DNA of 64,000 nucleotides from Pyrinomonadaceae bacterium (GTDB lineage: Bacteria > Acidobacteriota > Blastocatellia > Pyrinomonadales > Pyrinomonadaceae). The position numbers were made by a program, and so were the translations under genes. The notes under the pieces were generated by a model that ran no database searches, had not been told where the DNA came from, and saw only the letters and a program-made list of their open reading frames with translations. This document shows positions 38,925-48,331 of this stretch, in pieces (the first letter of the stretch is position 1; every line of letters starts with the position of its first letter). The stretch lies in the NCBI GenBank assembly GCA_044870975.1, contig JBIOZK010000075.1, forward strand, positions 1-64,000, written 5' to 3'.

Positions 38925-39011
38925 AGGTTTCTTGCGATGCGCGTATTCATCCCTGGAGTTTGCCGGATAGGAGAAAGTAGAGCGGGATGACAGTCGCGAC
39001 GCTGACCTCGA

Positions 39012-39827
39012 TCAGGGTTGATTTGTGACCAGCACGACATCGCGCATCTCGACGCCGCGGGTGAACGCGAGCAGTTTGCCGTCTCGCGACCAGCCATAAC
39101 TGAAAATCTTTTCGTCCGGCGGGCCCGCAATCTGTTGTAAGGGTCCGCCATCAATCGGTTGCCGCCAGAGCCCCCGGCCCCAATCGCGATAACTGACCGC
39201 CGCCCCGTCGGGAGTCCATCGGATGCCATATCGAAAATTGGCCAGCGGAGGTAAGTCGAAAAATTTTGCCGGCGGGCCGCCATCGATCGGCAGAATCGCC
39301 AGCTGAGACTTTTCGCCGGTGACCCAGTATTCGCACGCTATCCATTTGCTGTCAGGAGAGACCCATGGCCAGGACACTGGTCTGTCTGTCAGGCGTTTGG
39401 GCTCGCCGCCCTCGATCGGCACCCGCCATAACAAGCCGTCTGAATTGCAGTCTGAAACATAGGCCACCCGTTTTCCGTCTGGCGAAGCATGTGGTTGATA
39501 GTTCAGACCGCAATTCGTAAGTTGTTTCGGACTGGTCCCGTCAATATTCATTCGCCAGATTTGGTTGCTACCGCTGCGATTTGATTCGAAGACGATGAAC
39601 CCGCCGTCACCGGTGACGCTTGGCACTGAATCAGCAGAGCCCGGCGGCGTCAATTCTCTGGCGTTCGATCCGTCACCATCCATCATCCAGATGGTCGAGC
39701 TATTTGAGATCATCGCGGTGTAGATGATCTTGCCATTGGCGGTCCAGTCAACCCCCAAGAATGCCGGCATCGCGCCTCCGCCGGCAGCCAAAGATAAGTT
39801 GGTGACAGCCCTGAATACGGCGAGCAT
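39012..39827 (-). CDS. PD40/TolB-like beta-propeller repeat protein (apparently 5'-truncated)
   Basis: repeated PD40 motifs (..VTGDGGFIVFESNRSGSNQIWRMNIDGTSPKQLT..); no signal peptide at the N-terminus. Confidence 0.6.
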   Translation of the reverse strand: MLAVFRAVTNLSLAAGGGAMPAFLGVDWTANGKIIYTAMISNSSTIWMMDGDGSNARELTPPGSADSVPSVTGDGGFIVFESNRSGSNQIWRMNIDGTSPKQLTNCGLNYQPHASPDGKRVAYVSDCNSDGLLWRVPIEGGEPKRLTDRPVSWPWVSPDSKWIACEYWVTGEKSQLAILPIDGGPPAKFFDLPPLANFRYGIRWTPDGAAVSYRDWGRGLWRQPIDGGPLQQIAGPPDEKIFSYGWSRDGKLLAFTRGVEMRDVVLVTNQP

Positions 39828-39829
39828 GA

Positions 39830-40078
39830 ATCGCTCGGCGGTCTTGTTGGAGGTGGCCGGCGATTCAACTTTTCCGGCAGCAGGAACGTAACGCGGCCTT
39901 CATTTTGATGGAATACTTCGGCTATCTGCGGCGCGATCCGAATACAGCCCCTGATGCTGACTTAACCGGCTACAACTTTTGGCTAAACAAATTGAATCAG
40001 TTCGGCGGAAATTACCTTGCTGCTGAGATGGTCAAAGCTTTCATCATTTCGAGTGAGTATCGCCAGCGGTTTGGGTAG
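39830..40078 (+). pseudogene. 3' remnant of a DUF4214-domain gene (no start codon)
   Basis: frame ending at TAG 40076-40078 translates to ..FGYLRRDPNTAPDADLTGYNFWLNKLNQFGGNYLAAEMVKAFIISSEYRQRFG*, the C-terminal half of a DUF4214 repeat; in-frame stops at 39803, 39812 and 39827. Confidence 0.45.
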
Positions 40079-40119
40079 TGACCAATTGTTTAGGTACTTC
40101 ATTTGCGGGCGCTGACGAG

Positions 40120-40914
40120 TCACTTGTCGGCGCCCTTTTTCTTGATTTCGAGTCGCAAACCATCCTGCGCGGCGATCGTTTGTCCGTTCCAAAGCTTCAT
40201 CGCTTCAGCTTCCAAATCAAGGTTGTCCCAAAGCGGATAGAGATGCGTGAGGAGCAATCGATGTGGTTGGGCGACTCGCGCAATTTGCAGCGCGTCGCTG
40301 AGTTCGAGATGCTTCGGAGTCGGTTTGTCTCGATAGAAAGAGCACTCCAAAATAAGCAGGTCTGCATCCCGCGCGAATTCCCCTAAGTCACTTGAATATC
40401 CTGTGTCAGAACTGTAAACGAGTGTCGCTCCAGTTCTGTCGGTGACCCGAATAGCCAAACTCTCAGCCCGATGTGGCGTGGCGATTGTTTCAATGCGGAG
40501 GCCGGGAAATAGGTCGTGACTTTCGCTGCCGGCGGTTGGCTGAATCTCGTGAATCTCAAGAGTGAATGGCTGCTCAAACAGCTTATAACGATGACTGTCG
40601 TCAATCGCTTTCAGCATTTTCTCGATACCCTGGCAGCCGAATATCTTCAGTGGTTTCTGACGCTGCTCGACGCCCTTTGCCCATTTGATGCCAAACAAAA
40701 AAGGGGCGAGACCGGCACAGTGATCGAGATGTAGATGGCTAATCCAGATCACATCGAGATTGACCCAGTCAAGTCTCTCCTGTGCCATCCGGTGCGGCAC
40801 ATCGGCACTGCAATCGAGGAGGATCGATCCGCTATCTGTTTGCAACCAAAATCCGGCCGCAGCGCGTCGCGGATGAAAGATTGCGGTGCCGGAACCGAGC
40901 ACGATGAGTTGCAT
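40120..40914 (-). CDS. MBL-fold metallo-hydrolase (RNase Z/BN-like)
   Basis: MQLIVLGSGT start, HLHLDHCAGL motif. Confidence 0.75.
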   Translation of the reverse strand: MQLIVLGSGTAIFHPRRAAAGFWLQTDSGSILLDCSADVPHRMAQERLDWVNLDVIWISHLHLDHCAGLAPFLFGIKWAKGVEQRQKPLKIFGCQGIEKMLKAIDDSHRYKLFEQPFTLEIHEIQPTAGSESHDLFPGLRIETIATPHRAESLAIRVTDRTGATLVYSSDTGYSSDLGEFARDADLLILECSFYRDKPTPKHLELSDALQIARVAQPHRLLLTHLYPLWDNLDLEAEAMKLWNGQTIAAQDGLRLEIKKKGADK

Positions 40915-41007
40915 TCGAATCAGTCTGAACCAGGTTAGCAAGTTGCGCTACTCGTGTTGTATGCTGGCGCGCTCTGATCCTAAACCGTAAAGCGCTTACG
41001 AATCATC

Positions 41008-41598
41008 ATGACAGTTAAATCAGATCGTTGGATTCGCCGCATGTGCGAAGAGGCGCAACTTATCAATCCTTTCGAATCACAGCTGGTGCGTCAGGTTGAA
41101 GGACGTCGCATCATCTCTGCCGGGGCTTCGAGTTACGGATACGACATGCGTTTGGCCGACGATGGATTTCGGGTCTTCTCACCAATTCACGGGCGCGAGA
41201 TCGATCCAAAACACTTTGATGAAGATTCACTGATCGAACCGCCCCTGCGATCCACCGACGACGGCTCGAAGTATTATCTGATGCCGCCGCACTCTTACGC
41301 GCTCGGGGTCAGCGTCGAAACCTTCCGAATGCCTCGCAACGTCACCGGCATCTGCATGGGCAAGAGCACCTACGCGCGCGCCGGTCTGGCTGTAAACACG
41401 ACTCCGCTCGAAGCCGGTTGGGTCGGGCGTCTGGTGATTGAGCTGGGTAATCTGGCAGATCTGCCTCTCCGTGTTTACGTCAACGAAGGCATCGGACAGG
41501 TGCTCTTCTTCGAATCAGACGAAGCCTGCGACACTTCTTACGAGGATCGTGGTGGCAAGTATCAGGGTCAAACCGGCCTTACTTACTCTCGATTGTGA
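41008..41598 (+). CDS. dcd: dCTP deaminase
   Basis: MTVKSDRWIRRMCEE..LINPFE N-terminus and conserved trimeric dUTPase-like core. Confidence 0.9.
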   Translation: MTVKSDRWIRRMCEEAQLINPFESQLVRQVEGRRIISAGASSYGYDMRLADDGFRVFSPIHGREIDPKHFDEDSLIEPPLRSTDDGSKYYLMPPHSYALGVSVETFRMPRNVTGICMGKSTYARAGLAVNTTPLEAGWVGRLVIELGNLADLPLRVYVNEGIGQVLFFESDEACDTSYEDRGGKYQGQTGLTYSRL

Positions 41599-41830
41599 CG
41601 CCGTCACGCTCACCATGCGTCTCGTGCGCGAGAAATCCTGACCGTTAGCCTGAACTAGACGCACGCTTAGATCGGCACTGTGCCGTATGTTGCAAGCTGA
41701 TAAGCCTAGAAGATGCAGTATTTACGAGCCTCAATAGTACTAAAAAGTTATTGCCAAACTTGTCGGCCGTTCACTACAATCGAATTGCCCTCAGTCTCAG
41801 TCGCCCAAATTTTCCCCCCAAGGACACTGA

Positions 41831-44113
41831 ATGGGTACACCTGACACAAGCCTGGCAACAATCTCTAGCAACTCAAACAAATCACTTCAGGACTTAACGT
41901 TTACGCCCAGGCCACCCGGCAAAGATCGGGAGCTGCGCGAGTATCTTTCGATACTGCTGAAGCGAAAGTGGTTGATTTTGACCATTGTCGTAGTCGCGAC
42001 GTCGCTGGTGGCGCTTTACTCGTTGAGCCTGCCGTCAATGTATGAATCTACCGCGACGCTGCAGTTGGATCCCGAGGACATCGTCTTAGCCGATAGCACC
42101 GGCGCGGTCATCCGCAAATACCACGATTACGATTACGAGAACACGCAGACACAGCTGCTGAAGAACCCCCAGTTAATTCGCAAAGTTGTTTTACAGCTGG
42201 ATTTGCCGAGTCGGCCTGAATTCCTCAAATCAGGTGCTGAAGGTCTACTCACTCGTTTTCGAGCCTTGCTTGGCAGACGGTCTGCAACCTTGTTGGATGC
42301 TAACTTGCCGGCGGCTGCCACTGCAGACGTGAGGGAGCTGACTCCCGAAAAAATTACTGCTCTCGAGCCATACGTTGCCGGGGTGCTCTCGCGGTTGAAG
42401 GTCCAGCCCGTAGAACAAACCACTCTGGTGTCTGTGACGATGACCCATACCGATCCGCTGCTCGCGATGCAGATCGTAGACACGCTGACAAAGACTTTTG
42501 TTACTGACACCGGTGCTTATGAAACGAGAGGTTCACAATTAGCCGCTGAGACTCTGGCCCGGCAAATTGCCGAACTCCAGATGAAGGTCAAACAGGAGGA
42601 AGATGAGCGGCTGAATTATTTGCGGAGCCACAACCTGCCGTTGGAGAAGGGTGAAGGCAGAAACCTGACCACTGATCGGCTGAGCAAGTTGAGTTCGCAA
42701 TTACTGGAGGCCGAAAATGATCGTAAGACCCTGGAAGCGACGTATACGTCGGCCAGGATAGCGGACAACTCCACCACCTTATCGGGACTTCGCGATACGG
42801 ATGAAGTCCGCGACATGCGCAGGAATCTGCGTCAATTAGAACAGAAGCGCGCGTCTTTGCTGGAGGTCTACACGGCAGAGTGGCCCGAAGTTAAGAAGGT
42901 CGAAGCTGAGATCGGCCAAATCCAGGCAGAGCTTTCCAGGAGTTGGCAGGACGCGATCGATTCGCTGAAGTCGAAACTGGACGGCGCCGCTGCGCGCGAA
43001 GCGAAATTGCGTGAAGCTTACTTCAAGGAGCAAGGGACCGCGAATAATCAAACACAGGACGAGGTCCAGCTGGCGAGCCTGAATCAGCAGATCGAAACGG
43101 ACCGCCAGGTCTATAACATGCTATTTCAGAAACAGACTGAGATGCAGGTGAAATCGGTAGACAAATCGCCTCATCTCGGGATTGTTACGCCGCCGGTCGT
43201 CCCGGCCGAACCGGTCGGGCCGCCGCGGATGAACAAGATTGGAATCGCCTTCATGATTTCGCTGCTCGGCAGTCTTGGATTGGCGGTTCTCATGAACCAC
43301 TTCGAGACGAATCTCACAACCGCGGACGACATTATGTATTGGACTGATCTGACGACGTTGGCGGTTATTCCCGTCGGTTCGGGCGCCGAGCGCAAAAGCC
43401 TGCGGCGCGCCGGTCTTAATAGGTTTCGGAAATCGCGATCACATAGCGCGCTGGCTTTAACCGATGATGTGCGTTCGCCGACCGCAGAAGCCTTTCGTCA
43501 TCTGCGCTCCTCATTGTTATTTAGCGCCCCAGGGTCTCCGCGAACGTTGCTGGTAACCTCAGCCAGTCCGTTCGAGGGAAAAACCACTACCGCCATCAAT
43601 ACTGCCGTGGCCCTGGCCCAAAGCGGAGCGCGAGTGTTGTTGCTGGACTGCGACCTGCGGAGGCCAAGGCTCCACAGTCATTTCAATATTTCGAATTCGA
43701 CCGGGTTGTCGACTTATTTGTCCGGAGAAACTGAATTTGAGTCGCTTATCGTGACGCATCAACCTTTTCCCAACCTTAAGATGATTACCGCCGGACCCGC
43801 GCCCGCTAATCCCGCAGACTGTCTGGGTTCACCAAAAATGCGGCTGCTGCTTCAGGAGTGCGCGAAGATGTTTGACCACGTAATCATCGATTCTTCGCCG
43901 GCCAGTTCCTTCGCCGATGCCAGCATCCTCTCTACGTTTGTCGATGGCGTGGTGCTGGTGGTCCACAGTCAACGCAGCTCACGCAAAGTAGTCAGGCGGG
44001 TGAAGGAACGAATCGAGTCGATGGGTGCGACGATCTGTGGCGTGGTTTTGAATTATGCCGACCTGCAATCTGATGACTACTATTCGGGCTACTACACCAG
44101 CTACGAATTATGA
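41831..44113 (+). CDS. polysaccharide biosynthesis tyrosine autokinase (Wzc/GumC-like, Wzz domain + BY-kinase)
   Basis: two TM helices flanking a periplasmic coiled-coil Wzz region; C-terminal P-loop FEGKTTTAINTAVALAQ, DCDLRRP, Tyr-rich tail DDYYSGYYTSYEL. Confidence 0.85.
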   Translation: MGTPDTSLATISSNSNKSLQDLTFTPRPPGKDRELREYLSILLKRKWLILTIVVVATSLVALYSLSLPSMYESTATLQLDPEDIVLADSTGAVIRKYHDYDYENTQTQLLKNPQLIRKVVLQLDLPSRPEFLKSGAEGLLTRFRALLGRRSATLLDANLPAAATADVRELTPEKITALEPYVAGVLSRLKVQPVEQTTLVSVTMTHTDPLLAMQIVDTLTKTFVTDTGAYETRGSQLAAETLARQIAELQMKVKQEEDERLNYLRSHNLPLEKGEGRNLTTDRLSKLSSQLLEAENDRKTLEATYTSARIADNSTTLSGLRDTDEVRDMRRNLRQLEQKRASLLEVYTAEWPEVKKVEAEIGQIQAELSRSWQDAIDSLKSKLDGAAAREAKLREAYFKEQGTANNQTQDEVQLASLNQQIETDRQVYNMLFQKQTEMQVKSVDKSPHLGIVTPPVVPAEPVGPPRMNKIGIAFMISLLGSLGLAVLMNHFETNLTTADDIMYWTDLTTLAVIPVGSGAERKSLRRAGLNRFRKSRSHSALALTDDVRSPTAEAFRHLRSSLLFSAPGSPRTLLVTSASPFEGKTTTAINTAVALAQSGARVLLLDCDLRRPRLHSHFNISNSTGLSTYLSGETEFESLIVTHQPFPNLKMITAGPAPANPADCLGSPKMRLLLQECAKMFDHVIIDSSPASSFADASILSTFVDGVVLVVHSQRSSRKVVRRVKERIESMGATICGVVLNYADLQSDDYYSGYYTSYEL

Positions 44114-44649
44114 CAAGGCAGCGCATCACGCGGTTTGGCGACGACATCAAACCTTTGGCCCGCACGCATGATCTGGTTACGCGGGCGATTCCGGGTGAGC
44201 TGCTGATCTATGATCTCAAGCGACACAAAGCCCTGTGTTTGAACGAGACAGCCGCAGTTGTCTGGAAGAAATGCGACGGCCGGAACACGATCGAGGATCT
44301 AACCGCGGAACTCGAAAATCGTTACGGGTCTCCAGTTGATCAGAGAATCGTCTGGCTGGCGCTCGATCAGTTTGAAAAATCCCACCTGCTCGCGGTGAAC
44401 GCCGCGCGGCCAAAATCTTCAGTAACCATAACTCGCCGTCAGGTGATGCAAGCCGGGTTGGTTGCGGCCATCGCCTTGCCCGTGATCACGATTATTGTAG
44501 CGCCCACCGCAGCGTCGGCTGCTACCACGATCACCAGTGCTGCATGTATAGCCAGGCGACAGAACGATCCCGGCGGATGTGGCGGCAATCCCTGTGTGGG
44601 CGGCGGAACTTGCGTGCCCCAGGGCGCAACAAGATGCAGGTGCGCTTGA
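44110..44649 (+). CDS. PqqD/RRE-like domain protein with C-terminal TM helix and Cys/Gly-rich tail
   Basis: start ATGA-overlaps Wzc stop; residues 20-95 PqqD-like (LLIYDLKRHKALCLNETAAVVWKKCDGRNTIEDL); residues 113-179 TM helix + CIARRQNDPGGCGGNPCVGGGTCVPQGATRCRCA. Confidence 0.65.
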   Translation: MTRQRITRFGDDIKPLARTHDLVTRAIPGELLIYDLKRHKALCLNETAAVVWKKCDGRNTIEDLTAELENRYGSPVDQRIVWLALDQFEKSHLLAVNAARPKSSVTITRRQVMQAGLVAAIALPVITIIVAPTAASAATTITSAACIARRQNDPGGCGGNPCVGGGTCVPQGATRCRCA

Positions 44650-44680
44650 TTGGGAATGACGATCGTTTAGGGAATCGAGT

Positions 44681-45787
44681 TTGAATCACCTTCTGGAAGA
44701 AGAGTTCAGTGCGAAAGGTAGCCTGGTTGCCCAATCGCTGAGAACTGCCTGGCGGCTCATCCCTGAACCTCTGTCGATTTCACCTGATGAATTCTCCACG
44801 GTTACCGACGTTCTTTTGAGAACCGGCGCCGGCGCGTTGGCCTGGCGACGCCTGCGGGCGGGCGACGTCGAGACCGCGCCTCAGCGGCTCTGCCTGCAGG
44901 ACGCGTATCGCAAGCACTCAATCGAAGCCGCGCTCCACGAAATCAACACGGCTGATATTTTCAAACGGGCGCGCGCGGCCGGCATCGAACCGATCCTCTT
45001 CAAAGGATGGGCGCTGGCCCGACTCTATCCGGAAGCGGGTTTGCGCCCTCACGGCGACATTGATTTGTGGGTGCGCCCCGAAGATTTGCGTACGCTCTAT
45101 GACGTGTTGCCTTCCGATGATCACCAATACTGCGTCGAGCCTCACGACTTCTTTTATCCGCAATATGAAAGATCGTTTGACGAGGTGTGGTCGAAATCAA
45201 AACTAATCAAGCTTGCCGACATCGACGCGCGAGTTCCCTGCGATGAAGATCACTTAAGATTCATCTGCCTGCATTTCTTATTTCACGGCGGCTGGCGCCC
45301 GTTGTGGCTTTGCGATATTGCTTTGATGGTTGAAACGCGCAGCGAGAATTTCGATTGGGATCGTTGTCTTCGAGGTAAGCGTAAGCACGCCGATTGGATT
45401 GCCGGCGTCATCGGTCTGGCGCATCAATTGTTGGGCGCTGACGTGTCTGACACTCCAGTGACGCAGTCTGCGAAAGATTTGCCCGCTTGGCTGATGCCGG
45501 CAGTCCTCAAGCAATGGGGACTCGGCGCCGGAATGAGTCATGCGGAAACCCTGTCGTTTTCGATTCCGCGACGTTTATTTAAGCCGGGCGCATTCCTTGA
45601 CGCGCTCCGCGAACACTGGCGAAATCCGATTCAGGCTTCAGTCGAGATGAATGCCTGGTTCGACAACAAGCCTCGCCTGACCTTCCAGATTGCCGCCGCC
45701 ATTTCGAAGATGCCGGGACTTGCCGGCAATCTCATTCCGGAAATGAATAGGGCGCGACTCCACCTTTTGAATTCAATCCAAGATTAA
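44681..45787 (+). CDS. uncharacterised nucleotidyltransferase-family protein (PF14907-like as recalled)
   Basis: HGDIDLWVRPED nucleotidyltransferase-type motif; size and architecture match the NTase often found with PqqD-like proteins. Confidence 0.65.
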   Translation: MNHLLEEEFSAKGSLVAQSLRTAWRLIPEPLSISPDEFSTVTDVLLRTGAGALAWRRLRAGDVETAPQRLCLQDAYRKHSIEAALHEINTADIFKRARAAGIEPILFKGWALARLYPEAGLRPHGDIDLWVRPEDLRTLYDVLPSDDHQYCVEPHDFFYPQYERSFDEVWSKSKLIKLADIDARVPCDEDHLRFICLHFLFHGGWRPLWLCDIALMVETRSENFDWDRCLRGKRKHADWIAGVIGLAHQLLGADVSDTPVTQSAKDLPAWLMPAVLKQWGLGAGMSHAETLSFSIPRRLFKPGAFLDALREHWRNPIQASVEMNAWFDNKPRLTFQIAAAISKMPGLAGNLIPEMNRARLHLLNSIQD

Positions 45788-45916
45788 TTCACCAATTCGG
45801 CAAATCGATCGAACGTTTTGCTTGAGTCTTGCGATCCGTCAGGCGGTCTCATGCATCAAACCGCGCGATTCCTTCTCAAGCGGGTAGACCGAGGCTTTCA
45901 ATCCTGGAGGTTTGCA

Positions 45917-46990
45917 ATGGAAATATTGCGCGGGCGGGGCGTGGTTCCTGTAGTCCTCGCGATCGCCTGCATCATCGCGGCCGGATTCCCAGCCGCTGCT
46001 CAGGATGTCATCAAAGTACAGACCGAGCTCGTCAATCTTAACGTCGTCGTGAGGGACCGCGACGGCCGGCGCGTCAGCGGGTTGCTTAAGGACGACTTCG
46101 AGGTTTTCGAAGATGGTGCCCGGCAGGAGATAACCCACTTCAGGGCTGAAGAGGTACCTCTGCGACTGGTCCTGGTTTTTGATCTGAGCCTGAGCATGGA
46201 GGCGGTCCTGCCCACCGTCAAACAAGGCGCGTACACTTTGCTCGGCAGCTTGCACCCGGACGATCAGGTTAGCGTCGTCGCCTTTGCCACCGATTTGCAG
46301 CAATTGTCCGGCTGGATCAAAAAGGAACAAGCCAAAGACATCATCGAGAAGCTTGAGGCCGAGCCGCATCCCCAGCCGGTGACGCCCACCATCTTTCACT
46401 CGGGCTATCGCGTCGGAGACGCGAACACTTTTCTCTGGGAAACCTTCCAGCACTGTTTCACTCACTTTGAAGGCACCGACGACAGGGTCGCCATCATTAT
46501 GTTTACCGATGGGGTTGACACGGGCGCCGGCCGGGATGTGCGAGCGATGAAGAAGCGAGTCGATGACCTCGGCAAGGAAGCCATGCAACTGGCCCAGGAG
46601 AGTTGGGGGCTGGTCTATCCCATCCGTTATAAGACCGAGCAGATAATTGGTGACCTGCCTCCGGCAGCGCCCAGAATTTTTCCGACTCCGGCGATCCAGA
46701 TTGGCCACGCGCCGGCGGATCCCAGAAAAGGCGTCTTCGAAAAAATTACCGCAGCCGGCGGCGGTGAAATCTTCGACTGGACCACGCGCGCAGATCTGCT
46801 GGTGGCGGTGGGAAATGTCCTGGAAGATTTGCGCAGCCAATACAGTCTCGGTTACCGGCCGCCGCAGACAGACGAGCCCGGTCTTCGCCATCTCAAAGTG
46901 CGAGTCAAGCGTCCGAACGTGGCGGTGAGAACTCGTGAAGGTTACATCAGGCGACGGCAGGGTCGGCCACGGCGGGTGAAGTCTCCGTAG
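45917..46990 (+). CDS. VWA domain-containing secreted protein (Acidobacteria-type)
   Basis: signal peptide, IKVQTELVNLNVVVRDRDG, DxSxS MIDAS (VFDLSLSM); GGAGG SD 6 nt before ATG 45917; ORF open from 45818; the antisense 464-aa ORF is rejected. Confidence 0.75.
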   Translation: MEILRGRGVVPVVLAIACIIAAGFPAAAQDVIKVQTELVNLNVVVRDRDGRRVSGLLKDDFEVFEDGARQEITHFRAEEVPLRLVLVFDLSLSMEAVLPTVKQGAYTLLGSLHPDDQVSVVAFATDLQQLSGWIKKEQAKDIIEKLEAEPHPQPVTPTIFHSGYRVGDANTFLWETFQHCFTHFEGTDDRVAIIMFTDGVDTGAGRDVRAMKKRVDDLGKEAMQLAQESWGLVYPIRYKTEQIIGDLPPAAPRIFPTPAIQIGHAPADPRKGVFEKITAAGGGEIFDWTTRADLLVAVGNVLEDLRSQYSLGYRPPQTDEPGLRHLKVRVKRPNVAVRTREGYIRRRQGRPRRVKSP

Positions 46991-47120
46991 TTCGCAAAAA
47001 TCAACGAAGGCAAGGAAGATGAGCGCACCGAATCCGCGGTTACGTGCGGCCGAACAAGTTCTCGCAATTCTCCAACGACAAGCGCAGCAAATCACCAACT
47101 CCCAGTCATAAACGATCGAT

Positions 47121-47273
47121 ATTTGGAGTGCGCCGGCAGAGCCCGATTTATCGGGACGGCGACGGCGCTTTGGATCGCCCGACAATCGATCGAAAGTGTC
47201 GGCGTGGTCTTGTCGAATCGGCAGACAATCCAAAGCGCCGTCGACGCTTCGCTCTGCCGGCGCACTACAAATT
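47121..47273. repeat. GGAGTGCG..CGCACTCC-family palindromic element (copy B, with insertions)
   Basis: same arm sequences as copy A with extra internal segments. Confidence 0.7.
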
Positions 47274-47464
47274 CTTGACGACCGCGTCAGCTCGTCGTCC
47301 GCGTAGCGGACGGTGTGGAAATAGCCCAGCGCTTCAGCGCTGGGATCAAGAAATGAAGAGATCGCAAGTCCGTGAAGCGGACGGCTGAATCATGACGCGC
47401 GGCCCTGGATTATCAGTCGTCCGTTACACGGACTCCGTGGGTTTATCGCTTCGTAACCCACCCA

Positions 47465-47554
47465 TGAATGGGTGGGCTATTTTCGAGTGGCCGCTCGCGG
47501 ACCACCACTCACAGAAAAGCGCCGACAAGTCGGCGCACTCCATAGGGAACGGAT
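47465..47554. repeat. hairpin CCCACCCA-tgaa-TGGGTGGG plus half-element AAAAGCGCCGACaagGTCGGCGCACTCCATAG
   Basis: 29/30 identity to the inner part of copy C at 49123-49152. Confidence 0.6.
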
Positions 47555-47614
47555 CGTTTCCTGACTGTCGCTAGCCGGAATCGAACATGTCGCAACATTC
47601 CTCACAAATAACTC

Positions 47615-47642
47615 TTGACGCCCGTCGCACTCAGGCATAAAT
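47615..47642 (+). promoter_or_regulatory. promoter-like element upstream of orphan gene 47719
   Basis: TTGACG-N17-(c)ATAAAT followed 60 nt later by AGGAG SD. Confidence 0.35.
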
Positions 47643-47718
47643 TTCCGCCTGTCGCCTCGCATCCACTCTAAACATCAACCGGGGAGCCCCTGTGCCCCAC
47701 AGCAACAGGAGAAAAATT

Positions 47719-48204
47719 ATGACATTTCCGAATATTGATGCTTCCGTGTCTGCGGCGGATTTACAAGACATCAAGGACGCCTTTGCGACCATTAAGGCGA
47801 AGCTTCCGTTCCTCGTTAATCTGACCAACGACGAAAGAAAGTCGATTGCGAAGACGGGCTCGGACAGTCTGACGTTTGTTACCAAAGCCTTGTCCGGCGC
47901 GCAGGCTAATCCGAACATCTTTCCCGGCTCTTTCGACCGCGCGGCTTTTCAGAGAGACGTCGATCTGTTTGCGGTGCTCACCGAACTGACGACGCTCGCG
48001 AATCAAGTCGCGGAACAGATCGACGACACGCGGATGGCCGTCGGCGGCGAGGCGTTCCGCCAAGCAACCCAGACTTATGATTACGTTAAGACGGCGGCGA
48101 AGACGGAACCGGGTTTGAAGGGATTGGCGGATGAACTCGGGGAACGGTTCAAGAAAGGCGGCAGCGGTGGCAGCACACCCACGCCACCTGGTAGTGGTGG
48201 ATGA
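47719..48204 (+). CDS. hypothetical protein, orphan gene in repeat-rich island
   Basis: 162 aa from ATG 47719; AGGAG 8 nt upstream; TTGACG-N17-TAAAT promoter-like upstream; helical protein with Gly/Pro/Thr tail; no family recognised. Confidence 0.55.
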   Translation: MTFPNIDASVSAADLQDIKDAFATIKAKLPFLVNLTNDERKSIAKTGSDSLTFVTKALSGAQANPNIFPGSFDRAAFQRDVDLFAVLTELTTLANQVAEQIDDTRMAVGGEAFRQATQTYDYVKTAAKTEPGLKGLADELGERFKKGGSGGSTPTPPGSGG

Positions 48205-48290
48205 AGCGCGTGAGATGATTTGCTCCTTTCTCACCCTGGAAGAAGGGTGGGGATGACGGCTTACGATGGGGAGCAGATAATCTTAAGAAT

Positions 48291-48331
48291 GCGAGAGACG
48301 AGTTTGCTGAATTGAGCAAACTCGCCTCTCG
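48291..48331 (+). other. 18-bp stem-loop 87 nt downstream of orphan gene
   Basis: GCGAGAGACGAGTTTGCT-gaattg-AGCAAACTCGCCTCTCGC, one mismatch; no U-tract. Confidence 0.3.

Noticed and set aside
45839-47233. 464-aa ORF on the minus strand overlapping almost all of the VWA gene
   Set aside because: Its translation is Arg/Ala/Gly-rich low complexity, typical of antisense frames in GC-rich DNA. The plus-strand VWA product has clear domain motifs, a signal peptide and a GGAGG SD.
47044-47388. 114-aa ORF in the repeat island
   Set aside because: It spans palindromic element B, and its translation is Arg-rich with no start context. It is most likely a non-coding repeat.
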